Origin: Phoronis australis
Lineage: Eukaryota; Animalia; Phoronida
Assembly: GCA_002633005.1 (NCBI GenBank)
Contig: NMRA01000247.1
Coordinates: forward strand, 131,401-195,400
DNA length: 64,000 nucleotides
Direction of reading: 5' to 3'
The translations under genes were made by a program, and so were the position numbers. Of the stretch, positions 12,480 through 25,690 are shown piece by piece; position 1 is the first letter of the stretch, and every line of letters begins with the position of its first letter. The notes under the pieces were generated by a model. That model saw only the letters and a program-made list of their open reading frames with translations. It searched no databases and was not told the DNA's origin.

Positions 12480-12932
12480 GTAAATTTACGTGTTTTCTAG
12501 TTAAAGCATGAAAACGTCAATCGGAACTGACACAATGACTAGTGACAGTGACCGAGTCGGTCTGTCAGTGACAGTGCTACTTGTGTCAGTACTTTGCAAA
12601 CCTAGAACTCACTTTTCACCCTGAGTGAGGAATCAGTTGAAGTCAATTTTATAGCGATAAATAAGTCAAAAAGTTCACTTCTTGGATCAGGGCGCCCCTC
12701 ACTTCTTGAGGTAATGCAGACAATACCACCGTCTCACTCTGGCCTCAGACGATGGGCATCCCCTAAGCTCTTCATACGCCAGAAGCTTTTTGGCAAATTG
12801 GGCCTCACACCGATTAAACCGTCATGTTGCTCTAAGTACATTTTGTGTTTAGAGGAAGGTATTGATGTCTAACTCGTCCCAGCTCGAACACATTCTCCTG
12901 TAATCAAACTTTTTTCAAACAGTCCTTCGATC

Positions 12933-13414
12933 CACGGGCGTCCTTAGCTTCTGATCGTCCCCAATACACTATTTAATACAAGGTATGACACTTCGGACTA
13001 GAAATTCCACGGGTGTTTCACTTCAGCCGTTCATAGCAAACACAAAACTCGATAAATTTACGCAAAACAGAGGTTCAACAAACCGTGAGGAATTTTTCTT
13101 TCTCCCAATACCATTTATGGTATCCTGTTTCACTGAGTGCGCAAGAAATTCGCTGTCAAAGCCCAAAAATGTTCCCAAAAAGCCCACGCATCGAGCCTCC
13201 TTGGACAGTTTGAGGTTAAGGACGGTACGGCAACTGCCGATTTGTCACAGAGTGTCACGACATCGATAACTCCAAGACCATTCGTAACCTTCCATGTTGA
13301 ACCGGCAATTGCCGTACATACGTAACTCATCGTGGAATTTCTTGTCCGAAGTGTCTTACCTTGTAGTATTATATGTAGTGTATTGGGGACGATCAGAAGC
13401 TGAGGACGCCTGTG
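12933..13414. mobile_element. MITE with ~80-bp imperfect TIRs (CAC...GTG) and 8-bp TSD
   Basis: TSD CTTCGATC at 12925-12932 and 13415-13422. TIR is CAC(G/A)GGCGTCCT(T/C)AGCTTCTGATCGTCCCCAATACACTA...CAAGGTA.GACACTTCGGAC.AGAAATTCCACG. Confidence 0.9.
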
Positions 13415-16400
13415 CTTCGATCGTTTAGTTGCTCAAATCAGCAATTGGCCATTTTTACATTGTTCGCATCAGGGGATAGAAAAATTTTTCAGAGGGTAAT
13501 GGAGCTGATGTTCAGCGCTATAGTAGAGGCATCATGGACCCTCTGGACATAACACGGGTATTTAGACCACAAGTTAATTAAGATTCCCATTTCCCATTTC
13601 GTTTCACAGACACACACACACAGACGCACACACACAGAGTTCTTAGGAGTCAGCACTTGATTGGCTTCACCGGTTCCGCCAGGTCAACTGGCTTAAAGAC
13701 ATATGATTGGTGTGTCTGTTAGCCAGAAGTGGTCATCAAGAACCAATCAGATGTCTTATTCGGTTGACTATTACCGGTATGTCTGTGACATTCACGATGA
13801 ACACAAGGTACAAGCCAGGATGGACCAACCTAGGTGTAAATAATACACTGCAGACTATAGTAAACTTTAGTGCCATACATTGCGCTTTTATGAATCTCGC
13901 GCTACACTAACTGGCTGGGGTTACTATTGGCAGAAGTACCACAGCTGTAGAGAGTAGTCTGAGTAGACAGGTCCTGCCAAGTGAGCTGGGTGGTCTCCCC
14001 ATAACCTTCCATGGTTTCCGTTTGACCTCAAGCACAATGACTGTAATGGAGTTCAGTCATCTAATTTTGTTGTCGAAATTAAAGAGGTATTTGAATAAAA
14101 AAATTTGATTGCCAAGATATTTTTTGAACTGGAAGAATTTAAAAACTCCAACTGCCTCCAAAGATGTCAATCCAAGTAGTTCTTGAATGTTACACATTAG
14201 TAAAGTGACTGTCATAGATTAGGTTGGGTTGTGTTCAAGGATATAACCACATATGGTTATATCCTTAAGGAAAAAAAAATGGACTTAGGGTTTTGAAAGT
14301 AGATGGTAGAATTGTGAATGGCATTAGAGTTGTGGATGATGATTTCAGCGCTTCAGTTTCAGTCTTGCTGTCCTTGAAAACATTATGAAATGCAGTTTGG
14401 TGATAGATACGATTGGATAATAGGTTAGTTTATGACAAACCTGCATCTGAATACCTGTTGTTGTTGTTAGTGGTGCGTGGAATCATGCCATGAGAATAGT
14501 ATTTACACACCTTGCTACACTAAACGCCCTTTCCCACACAGTTAGCTTTGCTACTACCGAAGCCCCAATGTTAACTGTGGTTAATTGCGAAGTTAAGATT
14601 CAATATTCCCATCAGCTTTGCAGTTATAATTTAGCGAAGTTATGGCAAGGTGGTGCTAATATGATCTTTTGTCATATGGTCTTGTTGTTTCTGACAGTGC
14701 TTGTCATATCAAAAATAGGCTATATGAACTGATTAAAAGCATGCATTGATTAAGCAAAAGTGCCCGTTGGATAAGAGCAGAACGATGATCGTTTAAGAAC
14801 TAAAAGTAAGCATATTTTTTTTAATCAAAAGTATGCGTTTTTTAAGCAAAACTACGCGTTTGTGTCGTTTATCACATTTCAACTCCAAGAAAGGTACTCC
14901 TTTATGAACCCTTTAGCCCTTCATAACCCCAGCCAAGCTGCAAGTCAAGCCTATTCATATAGACATGCCTGAGTTAATTGAGCGTGTAAATCTTTGTCAG
15001 AAAGTGGTGTGCCTGTAATTATTTCCACCATATTAAGTTTATTGCATAGGAAACACAATGCAACTTATAAGTCAGGGTAAAAAAATACTTGGAACATTTA
15101 GTTACTGTAGTGTTAACAAAGCACATTAACTCCATGTATATTAAATAATGTGACATGAAGGAAGCACTCTCCTGGCCTGTTTTTATCTTGCATAGTCTTG
15201 TATGCACTTACTACCCACAGCTTATCCTATCCTAATGTAAAACTTGTTGCTCACTAAATCTGCCTCATAAAACAAGCACACTTTTATTGATTTTTCAGTC
15301 TCTCTTATTGTCGTGTATTGAGAAAGCATTAAAAACTTAAATGTCACACGAAATAAACTGTTGTGGTCTGTGATATTTAGGAGCTGTTGTACCAGACTGT
15401 ACACCTCTGGCGTATTTAGAGCCAGACTCGGATGCTAGTGTGTTTGAAAAGAACTATCAGTTACTATAACTAAATTCTTTTAAAACCTTTAGTTGTTCTA
15501 ATGTGGCATGGAATGTTTGAAATCTGTAATGAAGTTACAACCATGTAGTTCCTTGTTACAACTGGACTAGTTTTTGTTTGTAAGGTAATTTGCATCTTGA
15601 ATGACTCAGGTCTTAGACCCTTTTGTCATAGATATTCACATGCTCTTTTGCAGTAACTCTACAGTAAAATCTCAGCAATTTTGGACAGAATATAGTGGGC
15701 AGGTGAAATTTTCTTATTTTTCATAAGTGATGCATATTGCCAAAATGATGCTTTGCCATATTCCAAGTCCTGAACCATAGTTGTAGTACGTGTACCAACA
15801 GGCAATGTTTTGAATATATTTTTTCACAACAATGTTTGAAGCCTTTGAAAATTAAGACAATGCTATTTTTGCAATTATTTTTGTTTTTCCGAAATTGATG
15901 ATTTTACCATACCTCGTGTCTTTACATCAGCTTTGACGCACCAGTGTAAAAGCAACCGTCTGTTAACTTTGGGCGTTCATGGTTTTAACCAATTTTTTCA
16001 ATCCTGACCTGCTTTATTTTCGCCTCTAAACTTTTCTTGGTGATGTGGTTCTTAGAGTTTCCCTTTCATCATTGGTCAATTGAAGTTAGTTGGTGAATGA
16101 CCGCTGAGAAATATCCTCAGTTGACTTGGTGATGTGGGATATCATCGATATCATCTGCTTTGGAATTCATGTGAAGATGTCGAGAGTGGAATTTCACAGG
16201 CAAATATTCCAAGGAATTAGCTTACATTCAGAAAATGGGAAAAGAAATTCACTGCATTTCGTCAAGTCAACTTGAACACCTACAACATCAGCGACAATTA
16301 CTACAAGATGTGGATATTTTGTTGTTTATCATATGACGTCTGATCTCATGTTGTCTAAATCACTTCCTAATGGTCAATGGCCTATTGATCAAATGGTTTG

Positions 16401-17010
16401 GACCCTAAACTCTGGTTCAATTTCTGGCTGAACCAAGAAAAAGTTTTGATGACTTTCACAACACTGTTTGCCTAACTAAGTTGAAGCCCAGAATACGCTG
16501 AGATGTTTTTAAGGCTTCCAAGTAGCAGATGGAGAGGGTGCCCACCTGGAGGTGGTGGATCCAGAACAGAGGGAGGTAGAGTATGGCTGAGCGCAAATCA
16601 CAGGACACAGAGAGTGTTGCTGAAAGCAAATTCCACGACACTAGACTGTTAGTGAGCTGAGGCCAGTCAGCATGACTGTTCTGTTGTATCATGTGACTTC
16701 TCATGCCATAAAGGCCCTCTCTAAATTACTTGCCAATGGATATTGCTAGTTGAGTCAATGGTTTCGTTGGAGTCTACACTCTGGTTCAGGGTTTTTTGGT
16801 TTAATTCCAGACTGAACTGAGAAATAATCTTGATGACTTTCACAACAATGGCGAAGGCAAACATCAACATGAACAGAATTTGAAACCAAAAATTATTGTT
16901 TGGGATGTAACACCATATCTTAATTGAAGTTTTAACTTAGTCTATTAATATGTGACCCTTCCAAGTTTACCAGCATTAGTCGGTCACCCCTCATTGACCT
17001 TAAACGTGAA

Positions 17011-17460
17011 TTGAATCGTCACATTAGGGCTATAAATGCTGAGGCTGGTCGTTGCCGTTACTCCATTAAATGTCGTGAGGATTTCAGTGACATTTTGCGC
17101 ACACAAGTGCCATCCCCCCATTATCAACCTATGTCGTTTGACGCTGAGTTTTTGTTCACCAACGTACCGGTGGATGAGACCATTACTATCATTTTGGATA
17201 GTGTATACCGTCACCCACATTTAAAGCCACCCGGCATTTCACCAACAGCAAACAGGGTCGCGCCGCATGTTACACTTGTTTGCGTGACTTTCCTGTTACC
17301 CCCCTTCATTAGTCATTCTTTGCAGTATTTTACACCCCCCCCGTGTCTCACTGTGTGTGTGTCGTCAGCTTATACTCTGTGGAGGTATTACTGCGTCATT
17401 TTTATCTTCACTTGACAATGAAACAAGTATGTTTCGAAATATCATGTGTCTTTTAATTAT
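17011..17460 (+). mobile_element. Penelope-like element remnant (RT fragment joined to pLTR-like sequence)
   Basis: SFDAEFLFTNVPVDETITIILDSVYRHPHLKPP matches the Penelope RT motif SxDVxSLFTNVPxxE. A hammerhead-like motif follows at 17409-17448. Confidence 0.75.
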
Positions 17461-19663
17461 GTCGCTAGGTCAGTTACTGTATCTATGTTCAGTTGAGAGT
17501 AGAGTTTTGTTCCGAAAGTACGAACGTAACGGAATAAAGAATGTGAACAATGAAAAGTGTCGTGCATTTAACAAATTCTGAAGTTTTAACTTGGTATAAG
17601 TATTGGAAATCATACAAGGCTTCACTTGCCAACTATGGATTTTTAGCATGAAGGTTACATATTGGCAACTGTGATATAACATTATTCAAAATTTGTTCTC
17701 TGGTAGATAATCCATTGTTTTATGTGTCTTCAGTTTTGTGTCATCGTAACTTTAAACTGGAACCTTTCGTATTAACGTTAGCGCGTCAGTTGGTAAGAAT
17801 GGTTAAATTTGGTTATGGACCGAGGTTAAGAACAACTCTGTAGTAAACAGAGGGATATAAACAGCTGAGCATCAACATTTTGATACAGTATGAAATGTTA
17901 ATTTTGGTGTCATCAGCAGGTGTTGCTGTTGGTAACAGCATGTGTTGCAGTGTTATTTAATTATTTAAATTTCACTGTTATGCCACTGTTTGCTTTTCAT
18001 TCCATTTATTGTCCATTGGGTATACATGTATGTATATATATGTATGTATCATTGAAAAGTAAGCTGTTCTTGGCCTTAGATAGCTTGTTCAACAAACTTT
18101 CCCCATACTGTTTCAGTCATGTCTGTGTCATTGACCAAACAAATGGCTTATGTGATATGTTTTGAAAACAAGTCCTCCTTTTAAAAATAAAAAGTTGAAC
18201 ACAAGTTATTTGTTTGCACTACTGTGCGTAACTGTTGAAGTGCATGGGTAAAAATAAGACCCATACTAGCCTATGGAGAACGTTGACCGATGCGCGGTTG
18301 CAGCATGTTTGTTGCAGTTTTTATGCGTGCGACCTGTTTAGATTTTCAGATTTATATACATATATATTATATATTATGTATATGTTTAATGTATGTAAAT
18401 ATGTATATATATGATACGGAGAAAACACTACCAGGAAGGGATAACTGTTAACGTACATTCTGTTGTGTTTTCAAATGTCATTTTAGAAGGAAGTTTCCAA
18501 GTTGTTAGCAATCTAAATAATGTGTTTTAAAGTTAATGTCTTTATGTACCAAATGACACCAGACATATCCATCTCTGAAAATTCCATATTAGTCACACTG
18601 GGCTGCTTTCAATAAGACGTTTTGTACTAATCATCATTTTTCGTTACATTCTGCTTTGTGAAAACTTACAGTAAATATATTCCAATTTGGCAAAAGTATC
18701 TAGAATTTGAGACACTGAAATTCCAACACAATTAAATTTTCTTGATTTTAAAGATTGGGACGTGGACTATTTTGGTGTTCATCATATTTCTCAAATTTTG
18801 AACCCAGCATTTCGTATCAACAGTGGTTTAGAACTCAAACTAAAATGACCTCGATCCGAATAGCTAACACCAGTCTTAGGTCAGTATCTAGTGCGATTTG
18901 CTTGGGAGTGGGGGAAGAATTGCACTAAAATGATCAATGAAATTTCTTATTGAAAATCACACTCAGTCAATTTCCTCAACGTGGCGACTGTATCGTGACT
19001 AAAGCTAATTTATTTTGAAACGATCATCGATCATCGTGGCCAGCAACAAGTAGAATGTATCATGGGTACCACAGTTAACCGCACTTCAGATACAAACTTG
19101 TAATTATTAGTTATAGTCATTAGCTCAGACCAACTGCTGCTGTAAAGTGCATGCTTAACCCTTTCAACACCGCATACCGCAGAATATATTTGACATCAGT
19201 GCCATCTACATATCAATGGTTTACCCTGATGCGCGGATTTCCGATAGCATGCATTCACGTACCGGGTATTTCAGAACAACTTAACACATTACATTCTGTG
19301 GGCAAAGGACCCACTCATTCTAATGGCATGAATTATTTTCTTCTCGGTTACGCAGTAATGCTGCAATTTTGGAAACGGGCAAAAATTGTTTATTTGAATT
19401 TTCATCGGGTTTAATGAGAAAAGCAGCTGCAGTTAAGAATGGTGGATAATCTTGTTAATCAAATGTTAATGCTGATTGCGAGATAGTCTGGACTAACTGG
19501 AATGTAAAAGCAAGACTAAAGGTAACTGAAATTCCACAACCTAGGTTGATCTGATCTATTCAGCTTTGTTAGAAAAATAATGTTTGCTGAGGCTTGACCA
19601 CAGTGACACTCCTTTGATAGACTCCCTGGCTTTTAATTTCCAACCATTCATTGACAAGTCAGA

Positions 19664-19924
19664 TAAAAATATAATAATTGCAGGCGGTTTGATACAACGT
19701 GGCGGTCTGATACACGTTGTATCAGACGTGCGCAGGCCTCACATGTGGGCCCGTTGCACTGATCACCTGGAAATATTTTTATGCTTTATTGATGTATGGT
19801 TAAAATCGAGCTGAGGAGCTAGAAACCTGGCTCAAGGGTTTAGCAGTGTGACCTGGTGGGACATGAACCCACGACCTCGAGTAAAGAAAGCGGGCACTTA
19901 TCAACCAGGCCACACTGCCTCCTC
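19664..19924 (-). mobile_element. tRNA-derived SINE, copy 1, full length with TSD
   Basis: A/B boxes on the minus strand. TSD TGACAAGTCAGA at 19652-19663 and 19925-19936. Homologous to 59383-59631. Confidence 0.9.
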
Positions 19925-20666
19925 TGACAAGTCAGACATGGCTCGTAACTTTTTGATACAGGTGTGGTATTTTAAGACCAGACTGTTTTTATTTGGTCAA
20001 ATCTGACAGGCATGACCTCTGAACCTGTTCATAATGAGCATCCATGTTTGGCTTGGAGTATTCATTGAAGATGTTGTCTCAGGCAGTCTCGGGCATCTCA
20101 GTCTCTTGATGTGGTACTGTAATATCTCTATTACCAGAAACCACCAACTTCACTCAGACTTCACTTGAAGGGTGAACAGTTAAATTGGCCTAATTTTAAA
20201 AAAGAACGTTTTGGTTTTTCAGCAGTTTGCGCTTCAATTAGTGCTTTATTCATATAAGAAATTCTTTCTGGGGTTGATAGTTCCTCATTGCAGCTGACCT
20301 GGCTCATTAAGGTGCTTGGATTATTATTTTAGTCGTCTAAATCAAAAGTAGTTTTTGGGTGGAAAGTGGTATTTCAACAACAAAAATGCGGTAAAATTTC
20401 ACCAATTTTGGACACAATATGGCAGACAGATGAAAAATGATGGTTTGCCATACCTAAGCTCAGTACTACTATAATAGCTTTTCACAGAAAACATTTTGAA
20501 AAAATGTGAGCATTTACAACAATGATAGAAGCCCTTGAAAACTGAGAGAAATACAATTTTTGTCTAAAATTGGTGGCATCTTACTGCAGTACTGGTGTAT
20601 GTAAACCCCCAAACCACAGCACTTTACAAAGTTCACTTTCTCCTTAGAGGAACTTAAGTTTAATGA

Positions 20667-20990
20667 AGCTTCAATGACTTTGCAATAATAGACCAGGCAG
20701 TAACAACAAAGGAGCTTAAAATTCGTGAGGCTTTACATATCAGTTGGTGCAAGCCCAATCTCAATAGGCAACTGACACACCACAGGTTGTCATTGTTGGT
20801 ATAGTTCATTGTCACTCCCTGTAACTGACTGTATCTGTGCTTCATTACTTGTTGCTGGGCCTAGCTAGGTGGCCACTGTATTATGACTTCTGAGGATGGT
20901 GTTTAATAAATGACACCGAAACATGTCAAGTTTTAAATCCGTTGTTGTTTTCGTGAACATATGCTGTTACTTGCTATCATGGAGAACTCT
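20667..20990 (+). mobile_element. Penelope-like element 3' end (GIY-YIG C-terminus plus pLTR)
   Basis: 20667-20804 encodes SFNDFAIIDQAVTTKELKIREALHISWCKPNLNRQLTHHRLSLLV*, matching the PLE endonuclease-end motif LxIxEALxIxxxKPxLNxQ. A hammerhead follows. The right boundary is approximate. Confidence 0.8.
20885..20932 (+). ncRNA. Minimal type I hammerhead ribozyme (PLE-associated)
   Basis: GACTT-CTGAGGA-T-GGTGT(loop)ACACC-GAAA-CATG-TC-AAGTT: intact core, stem II GGTGT/ACACC, palindromic stem III ACATGT, GUC cleavage triplet and stem I GACTT/AAGTT. Confidence 0.75.
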
Positions 20991-21174
20991 TGTTTTCATG
21001 CTATTTACGAGTGTGTCAAAATGATCATGTCATTCTTCATCAGATATGCTTTCTTTTATTTATTTATGTGCGTCTATTGAGAGCACATTGGCTCCTCTAC
21101 AATATCAAAGTGCACATTTTGCGAGTCTCGCGTGATCGTGTATCGTTGCCGCAACATCTACCGATAAATTCGAT

Positions 21175-21337
21175 GAAGCTTCCCTTTGACTGTTCCCACT
21201 ACACGGAAGAATTCAGTGAATACTGAAGCTTTGCTTTGACTGAACCCACTACACTGAAGTTTCTGTGAATACCGAAGCTTTGCTTTGGCTGTTCCCACTA
21301 CACTGAAGTTGCGGTGAATACCGAAGCTTTGCTTTAC
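21175..21337. repeat. ~49-bp tandem repeat, 3.3 copies
   Basis: GAAGCTT..CTTTGACTGTTCCCACTACAC.GAAG...GTGAATAC units start at 21175, 21225, 21274 and 21323 (last one partial). Confidence 0.85.
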
Positions 21338-24300
21338 TACTATTTTTAGCGAAGTTTCGCTTGCAGATTAACTACCGGAGTTTACCTTTCCCTGACTTAC
21401 GGAAACTTTGGTAGAAGTGAAGTTTCGCCTCTCATGGGAAAGTGGTTAAAGAGAAAGGTGAGATTCCTGTACAATGGCAATATACATACTTAACTGGAAC
21501 GGCAATTAAGTTTGCGTATTTTGCTGTCTGACTCATGAATCTTATTATATAACCTAGCTTTTTAAAGGAAGAGACACAACTTTTTACTCTGAGATTGGTT
21601 GTTTGTTACCTAATTGATAACGCTCAACACAAACCGATGACCCTGTCCAGGTGAGCTGTATACAGTTACCGTAACTTACAATAGTTTATAGCTTACTGGT
21701 GCTGAGTGTGAAATGAATCATGGATAAGGTCTACCTATAGTGCCCTGAAAATTACCAGCATCATGTGGGGAATGTGTGCTGTGAGGTGTAGCATTGATGT
21801 TTAAGGCTGATGTAAATGCCCTGTTACTGCTTGTAAGAAAAGGGAATGCTGTGCAAATTACAGCAAAGAAAAGATCAGTTTAAAGGAGACAGTTGTACTA
21901 GATTCAACTGCCAAAATATTTTTGGTTGAAGCTTCTTAACTTTCAACATGTGTTTCAAGTAATCTATTGCCTGAGCTGTACCTGGTATATATTTTCTATT
22001 TAACTGATGCTTGCTACCTTTAGGGGTTAGGTCTGTAAAGTGAAGGCTATCTCTGTGACCTATCTGGTATGCTAACGAGAAAACAGGTGCTATAAATAGG
22101 CTGGGATGTACATTCATGAGGTTTTGATGGCATGGCTATAATACATATTGATGGTGTTCATGAAAATTAGACATGGTCCTTCTCACCACTATTTCTTTTG
22201 GCTAATGTGCTTGCACATACATGTCTGTCACAAAATAATCAATTTCAATGCTGGTTATTTCTGTTAGAAACTCGTTTTTAAGTTTCTGTTAAAACATTAA
22301 TTTAAGTTTTTAATCTTGTATTTGTTTGCTGATATGGGTAAAAGTGGATCCCAGAAAATTGTGTTACAGCAAAATGTTATCAATACCTCCTTTCTCATTC
22401 CCCGCCAGTGCAATTATGTAGTCTCGTGAGATGCGAGATTTCAAGCATTTAAGGGCCAAAATTGATGTTCTTCAAAGCCCAATTTCTGAAAACATCATCT
22501 GGTGGTAGCTGTGTGTTGTAGAGCAGAAATTTGTTCCTTACTACTTTTAGTAAAACACAAGGCAAATATTACTTGTCCTCCTTATTGTAATATTTTTGCC
22601 GAAATATAACATTCTCATGAGCATCTGTCAGATTTAAGTTTTTTGTCACTGATGATAGAACCAAGACTGGGAAGTGTACGTTCAGTTTGTACAACGCAGC
22701 TTACTCAGCGAATGGTCACACTGTGATTTGAATGTACACTGATGGATTTTGGTGGATTTAGTGCAAGAGGGTCACGTGATTCTAGGTTGGGGTGATCAGG
22801 CCAGACAACTTGAAACACAGGCTTTATCTCTATTCGTAATCTCTTTATTTTGTAATCCAAATAGCTTCCTTGATTTTCCTTGAAGTTCGCTGTCATGGTC
22901 AGCATTTATCTTAGGCACTTTCCCTGTCAAATACTGTTTGGTTGCCAGAGTGTCTCTGCCATAGATATCTTAGCATCATCTGCATTTTTCTTGTGTTGGT
23001 AACTGCCGCTTTGTTGACTCATTGTACCTAATATAAAGCTAGTTAAGATGATACGATAAACTTTATAACAGCAATTTGCACTCATCATTCAACCAAAATC
23101 TGTAATATCTGTAATACCTGTTTGGTTAGCTATTAGGCTGTTTTCGTAAATTTAGACATAAAAGTCTTGATCCGCACAGTTTTTTTAGTAAAAAATATGA
23201 CTACAAGAGAGCTGTTTTTGTAAACTTAGATGTAAAAGCCTTGTTCAATGCATTTTTTTGAAAAAAACCTGTGTGTGTGTGGGGGGGGGGGAGGGGTTAC
23301 TGGTGAATGGTGGTGGGGATTGGGGGTAATGCGTCATTGGAATCATGGAATGGATGCCCTGCAATATTGAGAACCCCATTTTGGACGCCCTATTTTGGAA
23401 ATCCTGGATAAAACCCTGTTTGACTATGTTAAATTATTAGCTCTATTTAGAAAAGTCTAAACTAAAACCTATCTCAGATGAACAGGGTCATGGGAACTAA
23501 AATGTAATCAGGTTAATAGTTGATGTTATCCATTAAAATCCTCCTTTTCTTTTTCTTGACACTTATCTTGCTGCTAAGTCAAATTTTCTATTCCTTTCTT
23601 TCATGATTTCTAGTATGTAATCGGTGACATATCTTTTCCACAATCCCAGGCTTACACTGCACAGTTGCTATGTGTTTCATAAATATTTGACTGGAGATAG
23701 GGGACTCTGCATTGCAACTCAAACCTTTGAGAATGGTAGCTGCCAAAATCTCACTGGAAAAGCCAACTTAGTTGGTTGTTTACACAAAGGTGGACATTCT
23801 TAATTTGAATTTTACTCTTGTCATTTTTGCAAGTAAGCATTTTGTCCTGTAAAATCCGGGCCATCTGCTGCAGTTGAAATTGAGTTATATTGGATGCATT
23901 GTCTGTGGTAGAAAGCTATCCGTGGCAGTGTTTTTGAAATTTCCTTGTGAACATTTATTATAAGAAATTTGGTTGTGTCATTGATACTGTTATTTTGCAA
24001 TGAATGAACTTTTCTTTTTGTCAGGTTGTACCAGTTGATTCTCCTGAAAGAGACTGCGCAAACTTTTGCTTAAAACTTTATTTTCTACAATATGATCTAG
24101 CAACCCGAAACTTACCTCAACCTATTGCGAACAAAAACTGTTGCATGTGCTGTGAAAAGATTGTTCAACTCCGCCTACCAGCATTTTTTCGGCAACATAA
24201 GAATATGCTCTTGTCTGATGTATTCTATAGCACAGCATGTGTGTTTTTTATTGGAAAGTACTGACAGATGCTGACAGTGGATATTTCCAGCACCAGTTTG

Positions 24301-25447
24301 TAAAAGTGCTTGAATTAATAGTTTGAGACTTAGTCACATAGACTATAATATCAGCTAAACTAGGTCATCCTGTCATGTCTCCTGGTGCTTCACTGGATTA
24401 AATATAAGAGTGTTGGGAGCTGCTGGGATGCCACCAATAAGTAAAATGTTCAATATCAGCATGAGCTCAGTATATAAAACTGACTGTCTGCAAAATCTGA
24501 AGTTAACACCTCTATTAGAAAAAATGATTAACGAAAGTTCGGTGTCTATTTCTAAATAATCTTTTTGTATTACAAAGACAAGATCTTACAACCAGATTTA
24601 ATCTGCCACTAAGTGGCAGATTCTTTTAAAGTCAAAAATCAAATTCTGCTAGTATTCCACTTTTAGAGGAGTTATAATTTTTCTGGCATTCTATACCTTT
24701 TAGATATTTGGCTAAAAGCACAGACTTGCTGATCAAGTCGCACATAACCTAAGTTTTCAACATAAATTGTCTCAAGAACTTGCAACACTTGACAGTGATC
24801 TCAGATTGCCATCCTTAGAATGTTAACATGGTTACATCATTGAGTCAACTGCAGAACAAGTTCCATTCATCAGGGAACCAGCATGGGGTCAATCACCATT
24901 GTGGTCAGTTCCAAGGGTTGTGGACATTCCTGCACAGGGCTGTTTTGACTGACAACAACCATAGAGTCCAATTCACACTGGTAATTCAGGCTGAAGAAAC
25001 ATTTCTTTGGTGAAATTGGTGTGGAATTTGAAAGTCGAGTAACCACGCTATATACCGGTATGAGTATGACTGGTGAATCACAGTTTTGTAACAACCATTT
25101 TTGATATTACAGTAGTTTTGGTAAAAAATATAGATCCCTGATATCTTGGAGACCTGTATTTTTTCATTTTAATACTTTTCAGAGCAGGTGTAATCATTAT
25201 CCATGGAACATTAGAAAGTGAGGTTGACCATCCAGCTTTCATTCATTTTCATTGAGCAAGCAGGAATGACCAACGAAGAATGTGGAGAATGCCACCCGAT
25301 TTAATTAGTCTTTTTTACCGTCTTAATCAGTCTACATCCACATCGCCTCTTATACGGTCGACCTCACTTTGCCAAGAGGTGTCACGTTAACCTGTGAGAA
25401 AGGTGGGAAACGATGCAGCGACGTCAGTGGTTCGTCCGCAGAGTGAA

Positions 25448-25690
25448 TGCCGCTGTATTGCGCTGCATCGTTCCCGCTTGTCCAAACTATGAAGCTGCGA
25501 AGAAAGCGGGTATGTCGTTTTTTCGACTTCCTTGAGAGCCCGAAATGCTTAGGAAGTGGCTCGCGGTAGTGAAGATTGAAAGGTACGGTGTTAATAGCAA
25601 GTATGAGGCCGTGAAACATCTCCGTGTCTGTGGCTGGCATTTGGTTGACAGTGATTTCTCTGACGAATTCCGGCTTACCAAAAAACTATT
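25448..25690 (+). pseudogene. THAP-domain remnant, likely a DNA transposon fragment
   Basis: CIVPAC...FFRLP*EPEMLRKWL...YEAVKHLRVCGWHLVDSDF gives the C2CH THAP signature with an in-frame stop. It resembles the THAP domain at 42667. Confidence 0.75.
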
